This document shows, one piece after another, positions 53,556-64,000 of a DNA stretch of 64,000 bases; the stretch's first letter is position 1; every line of letters begins with the position of its first letter. This DNA is from Mobula hypostoma (taxonomy: Eukaryota), in the NCBI RefSeq assembly GCF_963921235.1, contig NC_086107.1:113710001-113774000 (forward strand). The letters run 5' to 3'. The position numbers and the translations under genes were made by a program. The notes beneath the pieces are model-generated. The model worked only from the letters and a program-made list of their open reading frames with translations, had not been told where the DNA came from and ran no database searches.

Positions 53556-54916
53556 CAGACATCCCACCTCTCCCGGAAGTTCCGAGAGTCTCCCGCATAT
53601 CGATAGCGGCTCCCTGACGCCCGGAAGTTATATACAATATCCCGGAAATAGATTTTTTTGAGAGGGAGAGCGAGCATCCTGATTGGTCTCTCTTCGTGCT
53701 AAGAGTGTTCCCAACCACCAGGCCGCGAGGAAACAATATGATTTGGCGATATGAGTCAGCGCACCTTTCCACATTCCCTGTAACGCACTGTTGAATTTTA
53801 ACATACGCGGGGTCATCAGTGACCCAAGACATGCAAAGGAATGGGTCCATGACCCATTTGTGAATGTCCCCGGTGAATCATCCGTGTCAGCACGGGAAAA
53901 AGATCAACTCCTCGAGCTTGCAAATGACGACGGGCTGAAAAGTATGTTTGACATAACATCTCTGCCAGCATTCTGGATCAAAGTCAAGGCTGAATTTCCT
54001 GAGATAGCCATGAAAGCACTGAAAACGGTGCTTCTATTTCCAACATCATATCGCTGCGAAGCAGAGTTTTCTGCAACGACTGCAACGAAAACTAAATTGC
54101 GGAATAGACTGGACATAAGGAACCGCCTTCGAGTATCACTGTCTCCCATCATCATTCGATGGCACCGTCTTGTTGCAGGAAAACAAGCCCAGGGCTCCCA
54201 CTGATTCACCGATATTGGTGTGTTGCAATGATTTTATATGTTCATACGAGGAAAATATGTGCTGTGTGTTTAATATCCAAACGTTACTTAAAATGTTATG
54301 ATGCTATTGACTTATAAGTGACTTATAATTCAGTGGTCCCCAACCTCCGAGCCGCGAAGAATACACTGCAACAGCGGTGGCCAGGATGCACCCAGCACAT
54401 CTTTAAGAAAAAAGCCGAAATAAACAAGCTGATTAATTAGGTGCTGCCCAGCATGTAAATGTCGGCCCAGATCAGAGGCGATTGCTATATTCCTATATTC
54501 CAGTCGCGTTTAACACGCCCCGCCCACCCCACCCCTGGGGTCGGCCGGTCCGCAAGAATATTGTCAATATTAAACTGGACCACGGTGCAAAAAAGGCTGG
54601 GGACCCCTGATTTGAACTAGATGGCTAGCTGCCAAGAAACTACGCTATCGATGTCCTACGTGATGAGGCCAAACTCCCTGTAGACTTGCTTAAAGTTGTA
54701 ATAGAATAAACATGATAATATAATATAAGTACATATTTTAATGTCACATTTGCTGCATATACCCAACTTGGTTTACAAATTAGACAAAATCACTGAACGA
54801 AGTATTACATACACCCTTGGAGGTTGACGGGGGTGGGGGGGGGGCGAGGATATGGGATTGCGGGGAGGCGGGGGTGCTACCTCCCTGAAATGATTTCCTG
54901 CAGGGTGGGAGGTCTG
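53556..54916. mobile_element. Non-autonomous TIR (hAT-like) element inserted in a CR1 fragment and itself interrupted by a Charlie/Buster-type hAT
   Basis: TIRs cagacatcccacc and ggtgggaggtctg; flanking duplication ctaaac (or 8 bp tctaaacc/gctaaacc if the ends are shifted by one base). Confidence 0.65.
53704..54609 (+). mobile_element. hAT (Charlie/Buster-type) deletion derivative with the dimerisation-domain remnant
   Basis: WVHDPF...FW..V..EFPEI...ALK.VL.FPTSY.CEAEFS...KTKLRNRLD motif; right TIR ggctggggacccctg at 54595-54609; left-TIR-like sequences near 53704 and 54331. Confidence 0.85.
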
Positions 54917-57456
54917 CTAAACCTTGAGGGCATTGATTTAAGGTGAGGGCTGAGGATGATTTAAGAGAGACCTGATCGGCAATTTTTTTTTCCACACAGA
55001 GTGTGGAGGGTAGGTAAAACAAGCTGCCAGGAGGGATTATAATTACAACATTTAAAAGAACTTGGAAAGGTACATGGATAGAAAAGACCTAGAGGGATAT
55101 AGGCTGAGACCAGCACACATACACACACACTAGGGGCCACTTCATTAGGTGGAGGAGTGGACCCCAGTGTGGTCTTCTGCTGCCGTAGCCCACCCATTTC
55201 GAGGTTCAGCGGACTGTGCTGTTATTTAAGTTACTGTCACCTTCCAGTCAGCTTGAACCAGTCTGGCCATTCTCCTCTGACCTCTCTCATTAACAGGACA
55301 TTTTTGCCCACAGAACTGCGACTCACTGGATATTTATTTTGCTTTTTTTTGCACCATCCTCTCTAAACTCTAGAGACTCGTGTGTGCGTGTATAAAAAAA
55401 ATCCCAGGAGATCAGCAGTTTCTGAGATATTCTGCCACCAGCAATCATTCCACGGTCTAAGTCACTTTGATCACATTTCTTCCCCATTCTGATGTTTGGC
55501 CTGAACAACAGCTGAACCTCTTGACCATGTCTGCATGCTTTTACACATTGAGCTGCTGCCACAGGATTGGCTGATTAGATATTTGCATTAATGAGCAGGT
55601 GTACGTAATGAAGTGGCCACTGAGTGGAAGTCCATAAGACATGGGATCAGAATAAAGTCCATTCAGCCCATTCAGCTGATCTACTATCCCTTTTAACCCA
55701 ATTCTCTACCTTCCCCCACTAACCTTCGATACCCCTACTAATTCAGAACCTGTCTCGGTTGGCACGGATAAGATGGGCTGAAAGGCCTGTTTCTGCGCTG
55801 TGACCTGAAGGATGCTCGTGACCTGTCAGAGACAGAATGGTTCCCCTCTGCTGCAAGTAGGCAAGGACCTCTACCTGTACGTTGTACGCACACTGCAGCG
55901 CTCTCGTGCACATGACGGTCAACTTGACTTTACGTGACTCGATGCACAGCGAAGTGTCTCAGAACCGGGTTTAATATCACCGGCGTACATTGTGGAAGTT
56001 GTTGTTACAATGCAATACCTTAGTGTTATGTTCTGTCAGTTCAGAACATTAAACTAATTCAAAGGAAGGCACGGGAGTCTGAGAACACAGGTCTAACTTT
56101 ATGTTTACTTTAAACAAGGTGCGCACGTATGGTGTGGTAGCGTGATGATGCAGGCAATTCATGTATTTTTATATATAACCCGTAATTAATTACTTAAACG
56201 AACAAGAATGCTTAATCAAACAAGGTATATACAAGATTACTCAAATATTACTTAAATAGTAAACAGACAACAATAATAATAAAAACTATAAATTACAGTA
56301 TGTATATATACTGTATATACATATATATAGATAGGTAGATAAATAAATAACTAACTATATGTTATAATTATGTGTTTTTTGTCAGTTTTTCAGTCGGTTT
56401 GTCATATGTTTCTGTGATATCATTCTGGAAAAACATTGTATCATTTCTTAATGCATGCATTACTAAATGACAATAAAAGAGGACTGCGTGTCCTCATACT
56501 CTAATCTAATCTAATCTAAATCGATAGATATACACATACAAGAATGTAAAGTAGTGCAAAAAGAGGAGAAAAATATGTGTCCTGGTGGTGGAGGGGAAGA
56601 ATCTGTCCCTGAAACGTTGAGTGTGGGTCTTCGGGCTCCTGTCCGTCCCCTCGATGAGTGGACATGCCCTGGGTGGTAGGGGTCTGCAGTGATGGCACTG
56701 CCTACCCAGGCGTGTTCACACACACACACAGCGCAGCTGCTGTGTAGTATGCTGACACTGTGATTTTTTCATGTTGAACGCTGTGTTTTGGAGACTGCTT
56801 TAGCATTCCCCCACCACACCCTGAATCCTAGGATGCCAGGTTTGATGTCTCTTTTATGTAAACACAAGAGATTCTGCAGATACTGGAAATCTTGAGCAAC
56901 ACACACAATACGCTGCAGCAACTCAGCAGGTTGGGCACCATATGCGGACAGGAGTAAACAGTCGACATTTCGGGCTGAGACCCTTCATTAGGAGCCACAT
57001 TCCTTTAGCCTCCTAAGGAAGTACAGGCGTAGGTGTACTTGTTTGGCCTTGGCTTATACGTAGATGGACCAGGACGTGAGGGTTTAGGGCTGCCTTGTCC
57101 TGCGTTATCAATCATCAGAGCTCCCTCAGAACATCCACCCCCACTTTGACCCCCCAGTGTTTGCATTTTCAATGGTTTCCTTCACCGTGTCGCTCTGACC
57201 CAGTTCACACGAGCGGCTGCGGGAGCTACCGGCAGTGAGAAGTGACACGTTGTTTTGCACTGGCCTCCAACAAGCCCCGACTCGCTTTCAGTTTGCAACT
57301 ATGGTGAAACTATTTCCAAGATCCCTCCTGCCCCACAAACATCAGGCTCATGAACATTCAGAGATAACATCACCCTCCTCAACTCTGAACCGATTCCATA
57401 GCCTACGGGCTCACATTTAAGGACTCTACATGTTCTCAGTATGACTTATAAAGGAA

Positions 57457-57720
57457 CACAGTAGCATTGTGGTTAGCACAGCGCTTTACGGTACAGGCAA
57501 CCCGAGTTCAGATCCCGCTACTGCCTGTAAGAGTTTGTACGTTCACCCCGTGACCGTGTGGGTTTCCTCCGGGTGCTCTGGTTTCCTCCCGCAGTCCAAA
57601 GACGTACCAGTTGGTGGGTTAATTGGTCACTGTAAATTGTTCTGGGATTATGTGAGGGTTAAATCGAGGGTCACTCGAAGGGCCGGAAGGGCCTGTTCTG
57701 CGCTGTATCTCCATAAATAA
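57457..57720 (+). mobile_element. V-domain tRNA-derived SINE (HE1-like); about 10 further decayed copies in the window
   Basis: tRNA-like head and V-domain GGGTTTCCTCCGGGTGCTCTGGTTTCCTCCC.CAGTCCAAAGAC; other copies near 10700, 11200, 22600, 25100, 36100, 48900, 51450 and 52650. Confidence 0.75.
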
Positions 57721-59624
57721 CTTTTTAAAAAATTATTTGCATGATCCGTCTTCTTTTGCCAATTGGTTCTTTGTCACGCACCGTTTCTGCATAGTTTTTC
57801 ATAAATTCTATTATATTCCTTTATTTTCCTATAAAAGCAAGAAAATGAATCTCGGGGTCGTATATGCACTTTGATGATAACTTTACTTTGACCTCAGCAG
57901 ATCAATAAATGATTCCTATTTAACAAATATGAACTGTGAGCAGTTCAAAGAAAGTTTTTAAATTCACACCTGGAATGGATTATGAGGATGGGTTGGGCAG
58001 GCCGAGCTTGTCTTCACTGAGGAACAGAAGAGTGGAAGGCGAAGATTGTAATGTTTAAGATTTTGAGGCGTTTGACAGGAGGATGTAGGAAGGACTTTTC
58101 TTCTTGTGCAGAAATGTATAACTAGGCACTATTGATTAAAACATAGAGCCATACAGCTGAGGAACAGGCCCTTCAGCCCGAAAGGTTGTGCCAAACCAAT
58201 TATAATAGTAATTGAATGGCCAACTAAACGAATCCACTGGTATACCCAACGTCCATCTCCTTCCATTTCCTTCACATTCCTGTGTCTACCTGAGCATCTC
58301 TTGAAAGACTTTAATGTATCTGCCTCTGCCACTTTCATGGGCAGTCCACTCCAGGCACCTGCCCTTCTCTGTGTAGAAAGAGAATGCCTTTCACATCCCC
58401 CTTGAACCTACCCCCTCTGGCCTTCAATGCGTGCCCTCTGGTGTCAGACATTTCAACCCTGGGAAACAGATATTGCCTTTCTACTCTAGCTCTGCCTCTC
58501 ATAATCTTATAGACCTCTATCAGATCTCCCCTCAGCCCCCACCACTCCAAGTTTGTCCAATCTCTTGTTATAGCTCTGCTCTCCTCTACTGCCTGTTACA
58601 CCACTGGCATTTAGGGCAACAATGAAGGTCCTCCATCTCTGGCGGTGGTCAGGGCTTCCTTCATCGTGTCAGTAGCTTCCTCTCAGTTTTCACTACTGTC
58701 AGTCATGCAAGTCCCGGGTGGAGACTCAGGAATACCATCACACTTAAATGTAGAAGTTCTTTATTGCTGTTTCTCTAACAGTTTAACTTTACCAGTCAGT
58801 GTTGTCAGTCCTGAACTGAACCCCCAAACCAGGAGGCCCAGAGGACCACTCTTGGTCTGGTTTCTACCCTTTGACCTGTTTGGCATGGGTGACCCCACCA
58901 AGAGCCAAAGCATAAAGCCCTGACTCCAGCCAGCATTGTTCTCCGGGTCATTGAGGCACACAAACCTCCAAACCCTATGACCTAATTGTGGTCTCCTTGG
59001 AGGACTCTCATTATAGCATGTGCCCTCTAATCCAGGCATCATCCTGGTAAACATCTTCTGCACCATCTCCAAGGCCTCGACGTCTGTGGGGTGACCAGAA
59101 CTGTACGTAATACTCTAGATGTGGCCAAACCAGAGATCTATAAAGCTACAACATAACTTCCTGACTCTTGAACTCAGCGCCTCGACTAGTAAAGGCAGGG
59201 CATGCCAAATGCCTTCTTAAACACACTATCAACGTGTAATCCTGTGTAAATTTAAGATGTTGCCTTCTTAAGACAGAATTGAGAAGGGTTGCTCATCCTC
59301 TGAGGGGAATGAGTCCTGGAATTCCATTACAGTTTGGTAGGAGCAGTCCAGGAATAGTTTTAAGGTAGATATAGATAGATATTGGATAAGCAAGGGAGAT
59401 GGTCTAAGTTTATGTGGGCGAGATGGGAATGTGGACTTGTTTACAAGCATATTATTCAAGATGGAGTAGATTATACTGGCATGTGCTGACATTGGAGAAG
59501 GTCCAGAGGAGATTCATGGAACTGAAAGGGTTAACATATCAGGGGCATTGGACGGCTCTGGGCATGCACTTGCTGGAGTTTGGAAGAATGAGGGGGGGGG
59601 GTCTCACTGAAACCTATTGAATAC

Positions 59625-59860
59625 TAGGGAGGTCAAGGCCTGGTGTCTACAGGCCTGAGTACACTGGGGAGGTTGACACCTGGTGTCTGCAGGCCTGAGT
59701 GACCTGGGGAGGTCAACGCCTGGTGTCTGCTGGCCTGAATTCGCTGGGAGGTCAAGGCCTGGTGTCTGTAGGACCAGGTCCAATGGGGAGGTCAAGGCCT
59801 GGTGTCTGCAGGCCCGAGGCCACTGGGGAGGTGAACGCCTGGGGTCTGCAGGCCTGAGAC
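59625..59860. repeat. About 40-bp degenerate tandem repeat, roughly 6 units
   Basis: gggaggtcaaggcctggtgtctgcaggcctgag-like units. Confidence 0.8.
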
Positions 59861-60719
59861 AATGTAAGCTGGAGCTGGAGGCCTGCCCTAGGGTTCAGCA
59901 GACCCGAGTCTGTGTACGCTGGAAGCTGGAGCTGGAGGCTTGTCCTGGGGTTAAGGGACCGTGTATGTGCATGGCTGGGAGGAAGGAAAGGGACTTGTTT
60001 AGCTGTTGTTGTTTCATTGCTTGTATTCTGTGGTGTTCCACCAAACATGGTGGGCACTGGAATGTGTGCCGATACTCTTGGGCTGCCCCCAGCACACCCT
60101 TGTGCGTGTTGGTTGTTGATAAGAACGGAACATTTCACTATCTATTTCAATGTACATGTTATAAATTTCAGAATTGGATCTTAACTTGAAACTTTTGTGA
60201 CTCTGGACCAGGATTCCCCAAGAATGACTTGTAGTGCTGAAGTTTATAAATCAAACAACCTGCTGGGTCGGTTGTGGGGTGGGGGGGTGGAAAACCCATC
60301 GATGCTTTAGGTCAAACCCATGCAACGGAACAGAGAATGGAGAGGGGAGAGGGCTGGGAGAAAGAGGAGGGGTGGGGCTGTAGCCTGAGGTGATTGGTGG
60401 ACCGGGGAGGGGTGAAGGGTGATGGACAGATTGTGCCAGGTGGGGGAGAGGGGGAGGAGGAGGGGAGGGCTGTAGCCTGAGGTGCCCCAGCCTCGACATA
60501 GTTTCTGGTTATGGTCACATTACAGATTATGGGATCTTGCTATGTACTTTAATGGCTGCCGTGCTGGCTGCACTGGAACACTGTACACTGGCTCTAAGGC
60601 ACTTTTGTCTGTGATGAAGGGTTCTGTGTAAATACGGGTCTCCTCTTTCCACAACAGGTGCTTGAATTGCGGGCTCTTGCTGTGCCTCACTGACCCAGTG
60701 GTTCTGTTGTCTCTTGCAG

Positions 60720-60944
60720 TGCGGAAGGAGGCGATGGACTGCGGCCCAGGCCTGAGCCCGGAGGAGGCGGAGGCGGAGGCGGAGAAGCTGTGGGAGAAGA
60801 TCGAGAGCAAGCGTCACATCCTGACCAAGACCATCAACCCCAGCAAGCTGACCGCCTACCTCCGCCAGTGCAAGGTCATCGATGAGGAGGACGAGGATGA
60901 GATCCTGCACTCGCATCTGCTGACCTCCCGCAGGACACGTGCAA
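60720..60944 (+). CDS. Coding exon for the N-terminal part of a CARD domain, CARMA family (CARD10/CARD11/CARD14-like); paralogue not resolved
   Basis: Peptide EKLWEKIESKRHILTKTINPSKLTAYLRQCKVIDEEDEDEILHSHLLTSRRTRA matches the CARMA/CARD9 pattern LWE..E..RH....I.P.KLTPYLRQCKVIDE.DE.E.L. It has a branch-point-like ctgac, a pyrimidine tract and AG ending at 60719, and a donor A|gttagt at 60945. The exon is 225 nt, phase 1-1, GC3-rich, with an in-frame ATG at 60734. Confidence 0.92.
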
Positions 60945-61821
60945 GTTAGTTGCTCGCTCGCTGACCGGTTGCCTCTTTTGGGAGTTTCCCGCCTGAACAG
61001 ACCAGAAACCCCTCCCTGTGTTTAGGCAGAACCAGACTGAGTCCCTGGGAAACTGTGAGCCATTGCCCAAGGGTGGAGTGATATTCCGTCCCACCCCCCC
61101 ACTGCTTCAATGTCTTGGGCTAGGACAAGCAGGATGGGCAGAATGTTCTTCTCATAGAGCCATTGTGTCCTTCAGTACAGAAATATGCCCTGCTCTCCAC
61201 CACCATCACGCTGGCTAGCAAAGCTCCCATCTGTGCTAGTCCTATTTGTCAACACTTTGTCCGCATCCTTCACTGCCTCAGTAGGTCAAGTGCTTCCCTA
61301 GATACTTAGTGATAGCATCAGGCTCTACCACCAGACTCATCCAAGTTGCCAACCTGAGCTAGTCCCAGCGATTAGCCCGGGTCCTAGCGCGAGGGACAGC
61401 CCAGTGTTTAGATGATTTAAACGCCAGGCCGGGTGGACTGAAAAAGCAGGGTGATCTGACTGGAGGCAAGGGTCGGGCTGGTTCTGCACACTGCTCCACT
61501 CTCTGCTCCAGTGAGGCCGAGGCTGTGGGCCTGCTCCGGTCTGCGTGCCTGCAAACTCCACAGCGTTTTGCCCCGCTGTGTGATAAACTGAGGCCAAGGC
61601 TGTGGGCCTGCTCCAGCCACTCCGGGCTGCGTGACTATGGGCTCACTTTCATTCTGAATGCTGTAGCTTACTTTTATTGTTTGCACAAAGTGTGTGTTCA
61701 TTCCTCTCTCTGCACATTGGGAGTTTGTTGGTCTTTTTTAAATGGGTTATTTCGGGTTTCTTGTTCTGTGGCTGCCTGTGAGGAGATGAATCTCAAGATT
61801 ATATAATTTATACATACTTTG

Positions 61822-62313
61822 CGGTGGTCAAGTGGTCGGCGACTTAGGCCGGTTCCCCCACTGGATTTAGTCTGGTGAGGAGGGTGTGAGGACACCCAGC
61901 AGGACCTGATAAAAACAAGTCCTGACAAAGGGCGGATGAGCTCCTTGTGAGCCAACGGCCATCTTCCGTGGAAGAGACGAAAGCCTTACCATGTATCTAC
62001 GAATCGTACGCTATCTACCTAGTTAGAAGAGACATGATGAGCTTGGATGCTGCACCGTGTGCCTGGACCTGCCCAAGGCCTCCGCCTAAGGAAGGGCCGA
62101 GCTCGAAGAAGCAGCCGCGGCTGGAGGCCGACACGGCCTCAGGCTCGAGTTCGGCGGGGGTGGCGGCGGGCGGTGCCAAGGCGGCCAGCAAGAACAAACT
62201 GGAGGAGAGGCTGTACTCGGTGCTGTCGCAAGATCGAAGAAGATGGAGGTGCATAGCCACCAACCCCAGAATCAGGACGGCACCCGCTGACTGACTGACT
62301 GACTGACTGACTG
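61822..62313 (+). mobile_element. Short non-autonomous RTE-derived retroelement carrying host gene cargo
   Basis: Perfect TSD acatactttg at 61812-61821 and 62314-62323, a (CTGA)n tail, and an RTE C-terminal remnant VRRDMMSLD...SQDRRRWR split by the cargo. Confidence 0.75.
62048..62225 (+). pseudogene. ZFTRAF1: Circularly permuted fragment of ZFTRAF1/CYHR1 5' coding sequence inside a retroelement
   Basis: 62048-62084 encodes [12 protein letters not shown] and 62085-62225 encodes PKEGPSSKKQPRLE...[10 protein letters not shown]. The native protein order (recalled) is [25 protein letters not shown]. Confidence 0.85.
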
Positions 62314-63584
62314 ACATACTTTGTTGATAAGTGTACTTTGCACTTTGAACTTTGAACCCTTTGGTCATGATAGGCCCATATCCCTCCACACCTTCTTATC
62401 CACGTCTCTGTCTACCATTTCCTCTGGCAGTTCGTTCTATACACCCACCACCCTCTGTGTGAAAAACCTGTCCGTCACCTCATCTTCAAATATATCCCCT
62501 CTCACGTTAAATCTATGCCTTCTAGAGTGAGGAATAGAGGGGAGAGTGGAGGGAAAAAATGTTTACTGGAAAACATTTCCGGTGAGAAAGAGACTGGAAG
62601 GAGACTGATACCATTCACTTATCTCGGCAAGCATGGCCTTCTTCAGGAGTGTTAGCAAACAGAGTGTGATATGGAACAGCTTAATAACACACAACGTTGG
62701 TTGATGGGGTGGGGCTTTGAGACGATGTGGAGGAGAAAGGCAAATATTTTGCAAGGGTGGTTTAAACTCTGGTTAGGCCACACCTGGAATATCGATTTCA
62801 ATTCTGGTCTCTCCAGGAAGGACGTGAAGGCTTCACAGAGGGCACAGAAGAGGTTCACCAGGATGCTTCTTGGATTAGAGGACTTGAGCTGTAACGAGAA
62901 GCTGGACGGAATCGAGTCAATTTCCCTGGAGTGACAGAGGCTGAGGAGAAATCCGACAGAGATTTAGAGAGGCTAGATGGAGTAGACAGCAGGAATATTT
63001 TTTCCCAAGGCCGAAATGTCTAATACTAAGAGGCGTGCATTTACGATGATGGTGGGTGAGCTCAGGGGGGATGAGAGGGGAATCTAAGGCAATGGGCAGG
63101 TGTGAGTAGATGGAACTAGGCAGGACATCAGGTCACATGGACTACGTAGGCCAAAGAGCCTGTTTCTGTGCTGCAGTGCTCTCTGACACCACGAGAGGTG
63201 CAGAGTAGTGGGTGTCAGGAATGCACTGGCAGGGGTGGTGGTGAAGGCAGACAGAACAGAGACGTTTAAGAGGCTCCAAGTCACATGACTGTGCAGAGAA
63301 TGGGTGATGTGTAGGCAGCAGCGATTAGTTAAGCTAGTTTAATTAGTTCAGCACAGATTGTGGGCTGAATAGCCCTGCCTAAGCTGTACTGCTCTATGTT
63401 TTATATTTCATCATTTTGACTGTCCACTCGATAAAACCATGTCCATTCAAAGGTTGAAATGCAGTACCTGTTCTGGAAGTCTCAATGACGTGACGGACCC
63501 AGTGTAGCAGGGATGACAATGTTGGCCCGAGGAAAGACACTGACGTTGCTTTGCAGATCCAGCCACTGAATTTGGTAGCCTCCA

Positions 63585-63990
63585 ACCTAATGGCATAAAT
63601 ATAAATTTCTTTTTCTGGTAAACATTCTTTCCCTCCCCCTCCCCTCTTCTTCTATTCCTCACTCTAGCCTTTTACCTTTTCTCAGCTGCCTTTCACCTGC
63701 CTCTGGGTTCCCTCCTCCTTCCCTCTCTCCTACTGTCCGCTCACCTCTCCTGTCAGGTTCCTTCTTCTCCAGCCCTTGACCTTTCCCGCCCATCACCTTC
63801 CAGCTATCTTCGATCCCCTCTCCACCAACTTATTTATTCCGGGGCCTTCCCCCTTCCTTCTCGGTCCTGAAGAAGGGACTCGGCCCAAAATGTTGACTGC
63901 TTATTCATTTCCGTAGATTATTCATTGCCTGACCTGCTGAGTTCCTCCGGCATTTTGTGAGTGTTGCTCAGGATTCCAAGCATCTGCCAA
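63585..63990 (+). mobile_element. Older Penelope-like 3' end/pLTR
   Basis: Pyrimidine-rich pLTR, a degenerate hammerhead (63863-63899) and the conserved cctgacctgctgagttcctcc.gcattttgtg block. Confidence 0.7.
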
Positions 63991-64000
63991 CACACTTTTC

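Noticed and set aside
53791..54204. Domesticated SCAND3/ZBED-type gene exon
   Set aside because: It lies between hAT TIRs, only the C-terminal remnant is present, and no convincing splice acceptor was seen.
56024..56272. Short solo LTR (TG...CA)
   Set aside because: The termini fit, but there is no TSD and no second copy, so support is insufficient.
60980..60989. NF-kB site GGGAGTTTCC just downstream of the CARD exon (another at 29268-29277)
   Set aside because: It matches the consensus, but this degenerate 10-mer is expected several times by chance in 64 kb and no conservation data are available.
61947..62294. Functional ZFTRAF1/CYHR1 gene or exon
   Set aside because: The fragment is permuted, its halves are in different frames, it has no splice sites, and it is embedded in a TSD-flanked retroelement.

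Overview
This is a repeat-saturated vertebrate genomic window, not a prokaryotic one. The V-domain SINEs, CR1, Rex1/Babar, Penelope-like, RTE, Tc1 and hAT repeats suggest a cartilaginous fish, probably a ray (inference). Most ORF-track entries are decayed transposon pieces or noise. The only clear host coding sequence is a splice-flanked exon (60720-60944, +) encoding the N-terminal part of a CARMA-family CARD domain (CARD10/11/14-like), with a candidate 7-nt start-codon exon end at 34189-34195. The most striking observation is a ~490-bp RTE-derived retroelement with a perfect 10-bp target-site duplication (61822-62313). It carries a 178-bp GC-rich piece of the host gene ZFTRAF1/CYHR1 in circularly permuted order, which suggests integration of a small circular intermediate. 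Other notable items are about 14 minimal hammerhead-ribozyme motifs in Penelope-like termini, a tRNA/CORE SINE whose tail matches an RTE LINE in the same window, a diverged head-to-head inverted duplication, a 2.4-kb variant-coded minisatellite and several nested insertions. Family names come from motifs recognised by eye; no searches were run.
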